Shown here piece after piece: positions 8,320 through 17,542 of a DNA stretch of 32,000 nt (position 1 is the stretch's first letter; the number at the start of each line of letters is the position of its first letter). The notes beneath the pieces were generated by a model. The model did not search any database. It worked only from the letters and a program-made list of their open reading frames with translations, and had not been told where the DNA came from. Origin of the DNA: Crocosphaera subtropica ATCC 51142 (GTDB lineage: Bacteria; Cyanobacteriota; Cyanobacteriia; Cyanobacteriales; Microcystaceae); NCBI RefSeq assembly GCF_000017845.1, contig NC_010546.1, positions 3,510,001 through 3,542,000 of the forward strand, in the 5' to 3' direction. The position numbers were made by a program, and so were the translations under genes.

Positions 8320-10098
8320 TTACATGGCACCATAATGACTGTTACTGGTCACAACACCCGAATACACTAACCCTTTTTGAGCATCCACCGTAATAATTGC
8401 CCCTTCTCGAATCTTTTGGGTTGCTTCTTTAAATCCCACAATAACGGGAACCCCTAAACGCAACCCAATCACAGCAGCATGACTGGTGAGACTGGATTCC
8501 TCGGTAATAATACCTGAAGCTTTACGCATCATGTCAACAAACTCGGCGTTGGTTCCTGGAACCACCAGAATATCCCCTGGTTCAAAATTACCTAATTCTC
8601 TGGCATGATGGGCGATTCTAGCTCGTCCACTCGCCGAACCCTGGCCAACGCCGACCCCCTTTCCCAAGATAGCTTTGACCATTTCTACTTTAATCAAATC
8701 CGTCGAGCCTGCTACCCCTTGTAGAGTTCCGGCGGTCATCACCACTAAATCTCCATCTTTGAGTAAATGATTCTCTTGAGCGACATTAACCGCCGATTGG
8801 AAGGTTTGAGTGGCTGAGGCTAAATCCAGCACCAATAAAGGTTTTACCCCCCATACTAACTGTAATTGTCGTGCCACGTCTACATGGGGAGTCACCGCTA
8901 AAATTGGAATTTGAGGACGGAATTTTGAGACATTTCGGGCTGTTGAGCCAGTTTTAGTCAAAGACATGATGGCCGCTGCATTGAGTTCTTGGGCAATATG
9001 ACTGACCGCCGAAGAAATAGCATTAGGAATGGATTGTTTCTCTTCAGACATCATTTTAGTGGTCGTGGGTTCCTTTTCGATGCGTTCAGCGATGGTGGCC
9101 ATGGTGGCCACCGCTTCCACCGGATATTTACCCACGGCGGTTTCATTGGATAACATCACCGCATCGGTTCCGTCCAAGATAGCATTGGCCACATCAGAAA
9201 CTTCCGCACGGGTAGGCCGAGGATTATTGGCCATACTATCCAACATTTGGGTCGCTGTAATCACAGGAATACCTAATTTATTGGCCGTCGCAATTAACCG
9301 TTTTTGCAGAATGGGAACATCTTCGGGGGGTAACTCTACCCCTAAGTCTCCCCGTGCTACCATAACCCCGTTACACAAAGAAAGAATTTCTTCCATATCT
9401 TCGATCGCCTCATGTTTTTCTATTTTGGCGATGACAGGCACATTTTTTCCTGCATTAGCGATGATTTCTTTAATTTCAAGAATATCTTGAGGATTTCTCA
9501 CAAAACTCAAAGCAATCCAGTCGACCCCTTGATCTAAACCAAACAGCAAATCTTTTTTATCTTTTTTGGTTAATGCTTTAACGGATAAATAAACCCCTGG
9601 AAAGTTGACCCCCTTACTATCAGACAACACCCCCCCCACCACAACCTGACAATGAAGGTCTTTATTCTCTTTATCTACCCGTTCGACCCGCATTTCGACT
9701 TTCCCATCATCCATTAAAATTCTGGCTTGTTCAGGAACTTCTTGAGAGAGGTATTCATAGCTGATAGAACTGATGGTTTGATTACATTCGACATCACGAC
9801 TGGTCAAAATAAAAGGATCACCCGGTTTTAGGGTAATCGGTCCATTGACAAATTTACCTAGACGTATTTTGGGTCCTTGTAAATCTTGTAAAATGGCAAC
9901 TGGTTGATTTAACTCATAAGCCGTTTGACGAATGAGACGAATACTATGTTTATGATAGTCATGATCACCATGAGAAAAATTAAGTCGTAGGGTAGTCGCC
10001 CCTGCTAAAATTAATTGACGTAAAATTTCTTTATTTTGGGTAGCAGGACCGATGGTTGCCACGATTTTGGTTCGGCGAGCTATAGAATTAAAGGACAT
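8320..10098 (-). CDS. pyk: Pyruvate kinase with C-terminal PEP-utilizer (swivel) domain
   Basis: 592 aa. 'RRTKIVATIGPA', 'LRLNFSHG', 'MVARGDLGVE' and 'ATQMLDSM' are canonical PK motifs. The ~110-aa C-terminal extension contains 'LTSHAAVIGLRLGVPVIVG'. Confidence 0.95.
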   Translation of the reverse strand: MSFNSIARRTKIVATIGPATQNKEILRQLILAGATTLRLNFSHGDHDYHKHSIRLIRQTAYELNQPVAILQDLQGPKIRLGKFVNGPITLKPGDPFILTSRDVECNQTISSISYEYLSQEVPEQARILMDDGKVEMRVERVDKENKDLHCQVVVGGVLSDSKGVNFPGVYLSVKALTKKDKKDLLFGLDQGVDWIALSFVRNPQDILEIKEIIANAGKNVPVIAKIEKHEAIEDMEEILSLCNGVMVARGDLGVELPPEDVPILQKRLIATANKLGIPVITATQMLDSMANNPRPTRAEVSDVANAILDGTDAVMLSNETAVGKYPVEAVATMATIAERIEKEPTTTKMMSEEKQSIPNAISSAVSHIAQELNAAAIMSLTKTGSTARNVSKFRPQIPILAVTPHVDVARQLQLVWGVKPLLVLDLASATQTFQSAVNVAQENHLLKDGDLVVMTAGTLQGVAGSTDLIKVEMVKAILGKGVGVGQGSASGRARIAHHARELGNFEPGDILVVPGTNAEFVDMMRKASGIITEESSLTSHAAVIGLRLGVPVIVGFKEATQKIREGAIITVDAQKGLVYSGVVTSNSHYGAM

Positions 10099-10467
10099 AG
10101 GAAGCTAAATTTAGGTAAGAAACAATCGATATACTAGAAGTCGGAGGTCAGAAGTAAAACTAGCTTTGTATCTAATTGTGATACAAAAGATACTGTCCTA
10201 ACCTTGGCTTCGACTGCTATGACGAGTAATTTATAAAAATAGGGTCTTTACTTAGGATCTCATGAATGGTTCCCCTCAGTTAGAAAATTTGCTATTTTTT
10301 TAGGGATCATTTGAATCAGAACACTCAAAAATCAGAATCCCTTCTCAGTGAGCAGTTATCAGTAACCCGTGACCAACTGTCTGACAAAATAAATAACTTA
10401 AGGGGTTGGCCAAAACCCAAACCAAGGGTAAGTTAATATTAATTTCAACTTTGAACTTGTAGACTGC

Positions 10468-11394
10468 ATGAGAATCTTAGTCACGGGTGGTGCTGGTTTC
10501 ATTGGGTCCCATCTCATTGATCGCTTAATGGAACAGGGACACGAAGTCCTCTGCTTAGATAACTTTTATACTGGCCACAAACGCAATATTCTTAAGTGGT
10601 TTGGTAATCCTTATTTTGAGTTGATCCGACACGATATTACGGAACCCATCCGTTTAGAAGTGGATCAAATCTATCATTTAGCTTGTCCTGCTTCTCCTAT
10701 TCATTATCAATTTAATCCCGTTAAAACCATCAAAGTTAATGTGTTAGGGACTTTGTATATGTTGGGTTTGGCTAAACGAGTAAATGCCCGTATCCTCTTG
10801 GCTTCGACTTCAGAAGTTTACGGTGATCCCGATGTTCATCCTCAACCAGAAGAATATCGAGGTAACGTCAGTTGTACGGGGTTACGAGCTTGTTACGATG
10901 AAGGAAAACGGGTGGCCGAAACCCTCGCTTTTGAATATCATCGAGAACACAAAACCGACATTCGAGTGGCACGCATTTTTAATACTTACGGACCAAGAAT
11001 GTTAGAAAATGATGGTCGGGTAGTTAGTAACTTTATTGTACAAGCCCTAAAAGGAAAACCCTTGACTGTTTATGGTGATGGCTCTCAAACTCGAAGTTTT
11101 TGCTATGTTTCTGATTTAGTTGAAGGGTTAATGCGTCTGATGAATGGAGATTATATTGGCCCTATTAACTTAGGAAATCCAGGGGAATATACCATCTTAG
11201 AACTAGCTCAAATGATTCAAGGAATGATTAATCCTGACACTGAGTTAGTGTATAAACCCTTACCTCAAGATGATCCCAAACAAAGACAGCCAGATATTAC
11301 TAAGGCAAAAACTTATTTAGGTTGGGAACCAACGATTCCTTTAAAAGAAGGCTTAGAATTAGCTATTAAGGATTTCCGAGAACGAGTATCTTAA
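10468..11394 (+). CDS. UDP-glucuronate decarboxylase (UDP-xylose synthase), SDR family
   Basis: 308 aa. '[14 protein letters not shown]', '[10 protein letters not shown]', 'STSEVYGDP' and 'YDEGKR' (YxxxK) are typical of UXS. Confidence 0.9.
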   Translation: MRILVTGGAGFIGSHLIDRLMEQGHEVLCLDNFYTGHKRNILKWFGNPYFELIRHDITEPIRLEVDQIYHLACPASPIHYQFNPVKTIKVNVLGTLYMLGLAKRVNARILLASTSEVYGDPDVHPQPEEYRGNVSCTGLRACYDEGKRVAETLAFEYHREHKTDIRVARIFNTYGPRMLENDGRVVSNFIVQALKGKPLTVYGDGSQTRSFCYVSDLVEGLMRLMNGDYIGPINLGNPGEYTILELAQMIQGMINPDTELVYKPLPQDDPKQRQPDITKAKTYLGWEPTIPLKEGLELAIKDFRERVS

Positions 11395-11514
11395 AGACAG
11401 TTAAACTGTTCCTAGGATAGCTTTGTTTAAAATACTTCTAACTCATATTTGAGGTTGTTGTATCATCCCTAGAATGTCTTGCTTTAAACAATATAAATTT
11501 AGAGGATAAAATTT

Positions 11515-12864
11515 ATGCGTGTTTGTGTCATTGGAACTGGTTATGTTGGCTTAGTGACTGGGGTTTGTTTATCTCATATTGGCCATCATGTTATTTGTAT
11601 TGATAATAATGAGGAAAAGGTTAAACTGATGAAGTCTGGTCAGTCACCTATTTATGAACCGGGCCTCTCTGAATTAATGCACGGTTGTATGGAAGCAGGC
11701 CGTTTAGAATTTACCTCAGATTTAGCAGCCGGTGTTGACCACGGAGAAATCCTCTTTATTGCCGTAGGAACCCCTGCTTTACCTACCGGAGAAAGCGATA
11801 CCCGTTATGTTGAAGCGGTAGCCAGAGGCATTGGTGAAAATCTAAATGGGGGTTACAAGGTCATTGTTAACAAGTCTACGGTTCCCATTGGTTCGGGAGA
11901 CTGGGTGAGAATGATTGTGATGGATGGGTTGGCTAAACGGGAAGAGTCACCTGCTACTGTCGAGTTTGATGTAGTCAGTAACCCTGAATTTTTACGGGAA
12001 GGTTCGGCGGTTTACGATACGTTTAACCCTGATCGCATTGTTCTCGGTAGCAATAGTGATCAAGCGATCGCTATGATGCAAGAACTCTATCAACCTTTGG
12101 TAGATCGCAAATTTGCTGAACAACAAGCCTTACCTCCGGTTCCTGTGGTAGTCACGGACTTAAACTCTGCTGAGATGATCAAATACGCTGCTAATGCTTT
12201 CTTAGCTACTAAAATTAGTTTCATTAACGAAGTAGCCAATATCTGCGATCGGGTTGGGGCTGATGTAACTCAAGTGGCTGCTGGTATTGGTTTAGATTCT
12301 CGTATTGGTAATAAATTCTTACAAGCTGGAATTGGTTGGGGCGGATCTTGTTTTCCTAAAGATGTTCTGGCTTTAATTCATACAGCCAGTGATTACAATT
12401 ACGAGACGGAATTACTCAATGCTGCTGTTCATGTGAACAAGCGACAACGATTAATTGCTGTTGAAAAATTACAACAAGAATTAAAAATTCTCAAAGGAAA
12501 GACCATCGGTTTATTAGGCTTAACTTTTAAACCAGATACTGATGATATGCGAGATGCACCGTCTTTAATTATCATTGAACAGTTAAACCGTCTAGGGGCT
12601 AAAGTTAAAGCTTATGACCCGATTGTATCTCAATCTGGCCTCAGTCACGGCTTATCAGGGGTTCTTATTGAAACAGACCCGGAAATGTTAGCTGATAGTT
12701 GTGATGCGCTGGTTTTAGTCACAGATTGGAAAGAATTCCTAACCTTGAATTATGGAAAAATGGCACAAGTGATGGCTAATCCTGTCATTATCGATGGCCG
12801 TAATTTCCTGGATCGTTCTAAATTAGAAATGGCTGGTTTCCATTATGTGGGAATTGGACGTTAA
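11515..12864 (+). CDS. ugd: UDP-glucose 6-dehydrogenase
   Basis: 449 aa. 'VIGTGYVGLVTG', 'NPEFLREG', 'GWGGSCFPKD' (catalytic Cys) and 'LTFKPDTDDMRDAPS'. Confidence 0.92.
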   Translation: MRVCVIGTGYVGLVTGVCLSHIGHHVICIDNNEEKVKLMKSGQSPIYEPGLSELMHGCMEAGRLEFTSDLAAGVDHGEILFIAVGTPALPTGESDTRYVEAVARGIGENLNGGYKVIVNKSTVPIGSGDWVRMIVMDGLAKREESPATVEFDVVSNPEFLREGSAVYDTFNPDRIVLGSNSDQAIAMMQELYQPLVDRKFAEQQALPPVPVVVTDLNSAEMIKYAANAFLATKISFINEVANICDRVGADVTQVAAGIGLDSRIGNKFLQAGIGWGGSCFPKDVLALIHTASDYNYETELLNAAVHVNKRQRLIAVEKLQQELKILKGKTIGLLGLTFKPDTDDMRDAPSLIIIEQLNRLGAKVKAYDPIVSQSGLSHGLSGVLIETDPEMLADSCDALVLVTDWKEFLTLNYGKMAQVMANPVIIDGRNFLDRSKLEMAGFHYVGIGR

Positions 12865-12898
12865 TAAGTTTTTATTTGTTTAATGAAAAATCATATTA

Positions 12899-12943
12899 AT
12901 GAGTAGAATAGCTTGATTAATTAAGATATTCTACTCATTTTTT
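12899..12943 (+). terminator. Rho-independent terminator downstream of ugd
   Basis: 12-bp perfect stem atgagtagaata (12899-12910) / tattctactcat (12927-12938), followed by a T-run. It begins 35 nt after the ugd stop. Confidence 0.75.
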
Positions 12944-13011
12944 CTTCGTCTGAATTGATATAGCCCTACCCATTCAATACGACTCGGTTAAGCGCAAAAC
13001 CTTAGTTAAGA

Positions 13012-13216
13012 CTGCAAGGGAGACGAGCGACCCCGGTCGGGTTCCCGGACCTAGGGAACCCGCAAGGATAGGGGAGCAGGGGGCGGGGAAGAAAACAGAA
13101 AATCTCTTAAGGTACGCAGTATTGCCAACCCATTAAGGTGAACTGATAGCTAGTCATCGCTGATGACTGATGACTGAACGCTTACAAACTAGCTAAGTTA
13201 ATCGAAGGTGCAAGAT
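13012..13216. repeat. Composite intergenic (MITE-like) repeat, copy A
   Basis: The 58-nt core at 13159-13216 matches the reverse complement of 30334-30391 at 52/58 positions (hand alignment). The G-rich module 'gcaaggataggggagcagggggcgggg' parallels 'gcaagggagcagggagtgggcagag' in copy B. Contains a tgatgac heptamer tandem. Outer boundaries are approximate. Confidence 0.55.
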
Positions 13217-13344
13217 TTCAGTAGAGAGATACGGTTTGTTCTACAATTGTGATCCGGTTCACTATTTATTTTTGTAAATATCACAGCGTTCCTTGTAGCA
13301 ACTGGGCATAATAATAACAACAGCACTTAACCATTATTACGACA

Positions 13345-13617
13345 ATGCTTGCAGATACAGTGATTAACCAATTTATTGTCAAACTTCGACTTCAAGCTGT
13401 GCTTGAAGGAATCGACGAAAAAGTTGCTTTGGGCTATGCGTCCGCTAGACTTCGTTTAGCAACAGGGGAGATTAGTAAAAATGATTACCATAGTTTAATT
13501 GATGAAATAAATCGAATTTTTTGTCTCTCAGCTTCATCAGATACAGATCAAGCTTCTCACTTGAACCATTGGATTGAGCAACAAATTGTTGATCTTAGAA
13601 TTGCTCAACTATCGTGA
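13345..13617 (+). CDS. Hypothetical small protein (90 aa)
   Basis: ORF only. Predicted helical, with no recognisable motif. Sits in an otherwise non-coding 860-bp interval. Confidence 0.35.
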   Translation: MLADTVINQFIVKLRLQAVLEGIDEKVALGYASARLRLATGEISKNDYHSLIDEINRIFCLSASSDTDQASHLNHWIEQQIVDLRIAQLS

Positions 13618-13731
13618 AAATAATAGATATTTAATTTCTTAAATAGTTAGAATTGTAGAAAATTAGTTAGGATTCAACAGCAAGGATGTATATTGTTTAT
13701 CAAGTAAATACTTGTATTCTGAAAATATAAA

Positions 13732-14697
13732 TTATCTTTCTACAATTTCTGGATTAGCAATTGAGAGCTTCCTAAGTTGATCACGAATAACCATACTATC
13801 AATATCAGCAGTGGAACCAATATTATTAATTTCTAACCTGGGATCAATCTGTTTCATGACCTTTAATAATCCTTGTCCACAACCAATTTGCAAAGCTTCT
13901 TGAATCCCTTGCATTACTAATGTTTCAGAAATCATTTGCCACCGAACCGGTTGACTAATTTGTTGAATCAAATTACGTTTTATTTGATTAATATTGAAAC
14001 TTAAAGTCAAATCTACACTACAAAAAACAGGAATAGAAAAAGGTTGAAAATCGACAGTGTCTAAAATCTCCTCAAATTCCTCGGCTGCAGTTTCTACTAA
14101 TGGTGTATGAAAAGCTGCACTCACTGGCAAAGGAACCACACGATCAATTGCAACACGAGATAAAACTGAAGTAATCGCCTCAGACGTTCCGGAAAGAATG
14201 GCATACTTTAAATTATCATTAGCTAACCAGACATTAGGAGTATCAAGAATTACTTGTTTCAGTTTTTCCCGATCGTATCCGATTAAAGTTACCATAGAAC
14301 CTTGGGGTAAACGAGACATAATTTCTGCTCGTTTTTTGATCAACTTAAGACCTGTTTCAAAATCGTAAGCTTCCGCAGCATACAAAGCAACATATTCCCC
14401 AAAACTATATCCTGAAACCACATTTGGTTGATATCCTGAACGTTTCAAAAAATCAACTAAAAGTGTCATAAAAACATAAAGACAAGGTTGGGTATATTGA
14501 GTATGAGATAGTTGATGATCATCGCTTTGCCATAGTTTAGAAATCGACCAACCCAGAATATATTCTGCTTGTTGCAATCTCAATTGGGTTAAGGGAAAGT
14601 TTAATAGTTCCCGTCCCATTCCTAACTTTTGAGAACCCTGTCCAGGGAAAACCCAAACGGTTGGTTTTTTCTCTGTTTGTAAAGAGGATAATAACAT
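13732..14697 (-). CDS. Malonyl-CoA:ACP transacylase-like acyltransferase (divergent FabD paralogue)
   Basis: 321 aa. 'VFPGQGSQKLGMG', 'YTQPCLYV', the active-site nucleophile motif as 'GYSFGEY' (canonical GHSLGEY), 'KKRAEIM' and 'SAAFHTPL' (canonical GAFHS). Confidence 0.8.
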   Translation of the reverse strand: MLLSSLQTEKKPTVWVFPGQGSQKLGMGRELLNFPLTQLRLQQAEYILGWSISKLWQSDDHQLSHTQYTQPCLYVFMTLLVDFLKRSGYQPNVVSGYSFGEYVALYAAEAYDFETGLKLIKKRAEIMSRLPQGSMVTLIGYDREKLKQVILDTPNVWLANDNLKYAILSGTSEAITSVLSRVAIDRVVPLPVSAAFHTPLVETAAEEFEEILDTVDFQPFSIPVFCSVDLTLSFNINQIKRNLIQQISQPVRWQMISETLVMQGIQEALQIGCGQGLLKVMKQIDPRLEINNIGSTADIDSMVIRDQLRKLSIANPEIVER

Positions 14698-15085
14698 AAT
14701 TTAAAATTCTTGTAAGAAAACTGGTTGCTCCTAGATCCTTCTTAATTGTAAATATAAAAATTAGTAAAATCTATGGTAAATTTACTGATTTAAACTGACC
14801 AATTAATAAACTGAAGAAACTCAGTATTTTTACTGGCTTATTACCCTTAATTTTCAAGATATTGGTATGATTGCATTAACATAAAAGCTATTGGTTAAGT
14901 AATCATACGGATAGTCTGAGAGAATACGGAAAACTTAATTACAATAAAGTTAATAAACATTTATGTTATGGTTATCAAATTGAATTCAATGGTGAGGAAT
15001 ATACTGAATAGTGATAATAAAGAAAAAAAAAGAAGCCCTTAAGAAGCCTCTTCTTTTTATACGATAGATTTATACGGAAGTCTCG

Positions 15086-17089
15086 TTATCGAGAAGGGGT
15101 CAAACTCCGTTGGAAACTCAACAACCGTAACCATAAACCTGGATATCGTTGTCGTAACTCGTCAGGGAGTTGTTTCAAAGCTTGGGGAAACCAGGAAGCA
15201 AACAGTAGATTTTTGATGCTATCAGCAGTAAATTCAAAATAAGATCCAAGCCAACGGAGTAAATCTTGATTACCTGCCATTTCCCAGATCCAAAGCAATA
15301 AAGCAGGGTTTTTACTGGCAGCTTTTAAAGCTAGTCGGGTGAACATCAACCAAGTTGTCCTATCCTTGATAAAGGTATCAGCTACTTCGGGGGAAGAGTC
15401 AGCCAATAGACCAAAAAACGTATTTAACATGGCATTAATACGCTCTGGTGGCAAGATTTTTCCTGTAGGAACCATCATTCCTTTAGAAAATAACCAAGTG
15501 ACTGCTACATTACTTTGATATGCCCGAATTTGGTTTAAATCCTTTGCTTTTACTAGATCATGTTTTAAACAAAAATCTAATAAATAGGTTAATTTATCTA
15601 AATTACGGACTAAAGAACCAAAACCAGTGAAAATTAAGGGGGATTGCAGGGAGGCTGCGTCTCCGATAGCGACCAGTCGATCAAAAGCTACCTTGCGATC
15701 GCTTTTACTGACACTGAAATGACCTGGAATATAACCAAAGGTTGGCTTTTTCCAAGTCAATTTTTCTGGGTCACATCGACGATATTCGGGCAAAATATTG
15801 AAGAAATCTTCATACATTTCTAATAACGAACCAGGGTTATTAGAATGAACTTGATGATAATGAAATAGATAAATAGTTAATTCATCTCCTTCCCCTGGAA
15901 ATAACTCCCAAATGAGTTGCCTCCCACGGGAAATATCACCATGAGAGTTTAAAACATCACCATATTTACTATCCCAAACTTCAGGGCTAAACCCTTCAAT
16001 AACAGCCCCAACTGTAGGACAAACACTGTCAAATGTCCGCTTACCATTGAGTTGCCAAGCAATAGGAGAAGCAGTTCCCATAGCATCAACTAATAAACGT
16101 CCTCTAACTGCTTTCGTTTCTGCTGTTTCTAAATCAACTAAACTAACTGTTACTCCTTCTGGATAAATTGTCCCTTTGATAAATTCCGTTCTCTCCCAAA
16201 TTTCTCCCCCTGCTTGTTTTAATTTTTGACCACAGAGGTTAAGAAATTTGGTTGTATCAATGGCGATATTTAAAACTTTTGGAGTATGTAATACATCGGC
16301 TTTTAAATGAGGAGGATTGTTACCATCAAAAAACTTATTAAATCCATCAATATATTCTTTAGCAATAATGGATTCAAATTCATCAAGAGTCAATAACCCC
16401 AAATCAATCAAACTTTGAAACTCAGACCGAGAAATATTCCACTCACGGTTCATGCGTCCAAATACTAACCGTTCTACCAGTAAAACTCGATAGCCTAATT
16501 GTGCCATGACAGCAGCGTGAATGACCCCTAAAGCCCCACCAACATAGATTAGGTCATAGGCAATGGTCGAAGGTTTGTAAGGCTGATTTTGTTGAAAAAT
16601 GACCTGTTTAGGTTCTTGGGGATTTTTGACCCCTTCTCGCCATCGTTTTTCCCACCAATAGACCCGTTGCAAATCTGTATCCCCTTGGGGCATTTTGCGA
16701 AAAAAATGCACTGTTTTAGGGTAATAAGCTTCTAAGGCATCAAAAATTGAGGAAGGGGAAGCATCGATTTCTGGTAACTCAGGATATTGCTGAGGAAATG
16801 CTGTTCTGATCTCATTTTCCAACTGACGACAGACGTTTGCTTGTGAGGGAAAAGGTTTGTTTCCCCAACGAAAAATTTTCAGATAAGTGGTTCGTTGTAC
16901 AGACCAGATGAAGATAGATAATTCTGTCTCTTCTGCTGAGGATGGAGAAATCTCAGAAACAACTTGTAAACGAACCCCATCTGGTGTAATCTTTTTTTTG
17001 CCGATTATGGGAGTCCAAGACTCTTGTAGCCAATGACACACCTCACGGGTGTTAGGGTTGGGAATTTCTAGATAAGTAATTTCCTTCAT
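15086..17089 (-). CDS. FAD-dependent oxidoreductase, CruA/CruP-type lycopene-cyclase-like, with long N-terminal extension
   Basis: 667-aa ORF. Dinucleotide-binding beta-alpha-beta motif 'YDLIYVGGALGVIHAAVMAQLGYRVLLVER' sits ~175 aa from the N-terminus. 'LLVDAMG' and 'VAIGDAA' are flavoprotein motifs. The CruA resemblance is from memory and unverified. Confidence refers to function; the CDS itself is near-certain. Confidence 0.5.
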   Translation of the reverse strand: MKEITYLEIPNPNTREVCHWLQESWTPIIGKKKITPDGVRLQVVSEISPSSAEETELSIFIWSVQRTTYLKIFRWGNKPFPSQANVCRQLENEIRTAFPQQYPELPEIDASPSSIFDALEAYYPKTVHFFRKMPQGDTDLQRVYWWEKRWREGVKNPQEPKQVIFQQNQPYKPSTIAYDLIYVGGALGVIHAAVMAQLGYRVLLVERLVFGRMNREWNISRSEFQSLIDLGLLTLDEFESIIAKEYIDGFNKFFDGNNPPHLKADVLHTPKVLNIAIDTTKFLNLCGQKLKQAGGEIWERTEFIKGTIYPEGVTVSLVDLETAETKAVRGRLLVDAMGTASPIAWQLNGKRTFDSVCPTVGAVIEGFSPEVWDSKYGDVLNSHGDISRGRQLIWELFPGEGDELTIYLFHYHQVHSNNPGSLLEMYEDFFNILPEYRRCDPEKLTWKKPTFGYIPGHFSVSKSDRKVAFDRLVAIGDAASLQSPLIFTGFGSLVRNLDKLTYLLDFCLKHDLVKAKDLNQIRAYQSNVAVTWLFSKGMMVPTGKILPPERINAMLNTFFGLLADSSPEVADTFIKDRTTWLMFTRLALKAASKNPALLLWIWEMAGNQDLLRWLGSYFEFTADSIKNLLFASWFPQALKQLPDELRQRYPGLWLRLLSFQRSLTPSR

Positions 17090-17208
17090 TGCGGTATGTT
17101 AAGAAAATCAAAATTAAGCAAAAGTACAGATTTCATTGGGTTGAAAGTAAGCTAAACTTTCCGTTACTGTATTCTGAGAGACGCTTAAAAAAAGTTTACA
17201 TTTTGTGA

Positions 17209-17469
17209 TTGATTCAGACAATTGACGATACCTTTATGCATTATCCCATTCCAGAGAGTCCAGAAGAAATATTTGCCCTCCGCAGTAAGCCAGTTGATGA
17301 GGAAATGATCGCCGTTGCCATTACTGGAGTTGTGAATCTTGCTCGTTCTCAGGGACAGTCCTTAGACGAGTTAACCGCTGAAGTGTTACAAGATGATCCC
17401 CTGTTGGATAGAGTCCAACGTCGTTGGTTAAGTGATTTAGTTCGCCAAGCATGGCAAGCTTTTCCTTAA
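17209..17469 (+). CDS. Hypothetical small protein
   Basis: 86-aa ORF from a TTG start. An ATG at 17236 (MHYPIPE...) is the more likely start. No recognisable domain. Confidence 0.4.
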   Translation: MIQTIDDTFMHYPIPESPEEIFALRSKPVDEEMIAVAITGVVNLARSQGQSLDELTAEVLQDDPLLDRVQRRWLSDLVRQAWQAFP

Positions 17470-17542
17470 ATCAGTCTCTATACTTGAAAGGGACAAAGTT
17501 TTCTAGTGTTGGAAAATAGGGAATCCCCTCGTTCTTTAATGA

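Noticed and set aside
9029-9490. 153-aa ORF on the plus strand inside the pyruvate kinase gene
   Set aside because: It is entirely antisense to a strongly supported CDS. It is low-complexity and Ser/Ala-rich with no motif, which is typical of a shadow ORF.
10163-10181. Palindrome 'tgtatctaattgtgataca' in the pyk/uxs intergenic region as a CRP/NtcA-type site
   Set aside because: The spacing (GTA-N11-TAC) does not fit NtcA (GTA-N8-TAC), and the half-sites do not match TGTGA-N6-TCACA. It cannot be assigned to a regulator.
10784-11005. 73-aa alternative-frame ORF inside the UDP-xylose synthase gene
   Set aside because: Embedded in a canonical SDR gene, so a frame artefact.
15021-15060. A-run / 'aagaag...cttctt' / T-run structure downstream of the 667-aa gene as a bidirectional terminator
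   Set aside because: The stem is only about 6 bp, AT-rich and ambiguous, with several alternative pairings. That is too weak to call.
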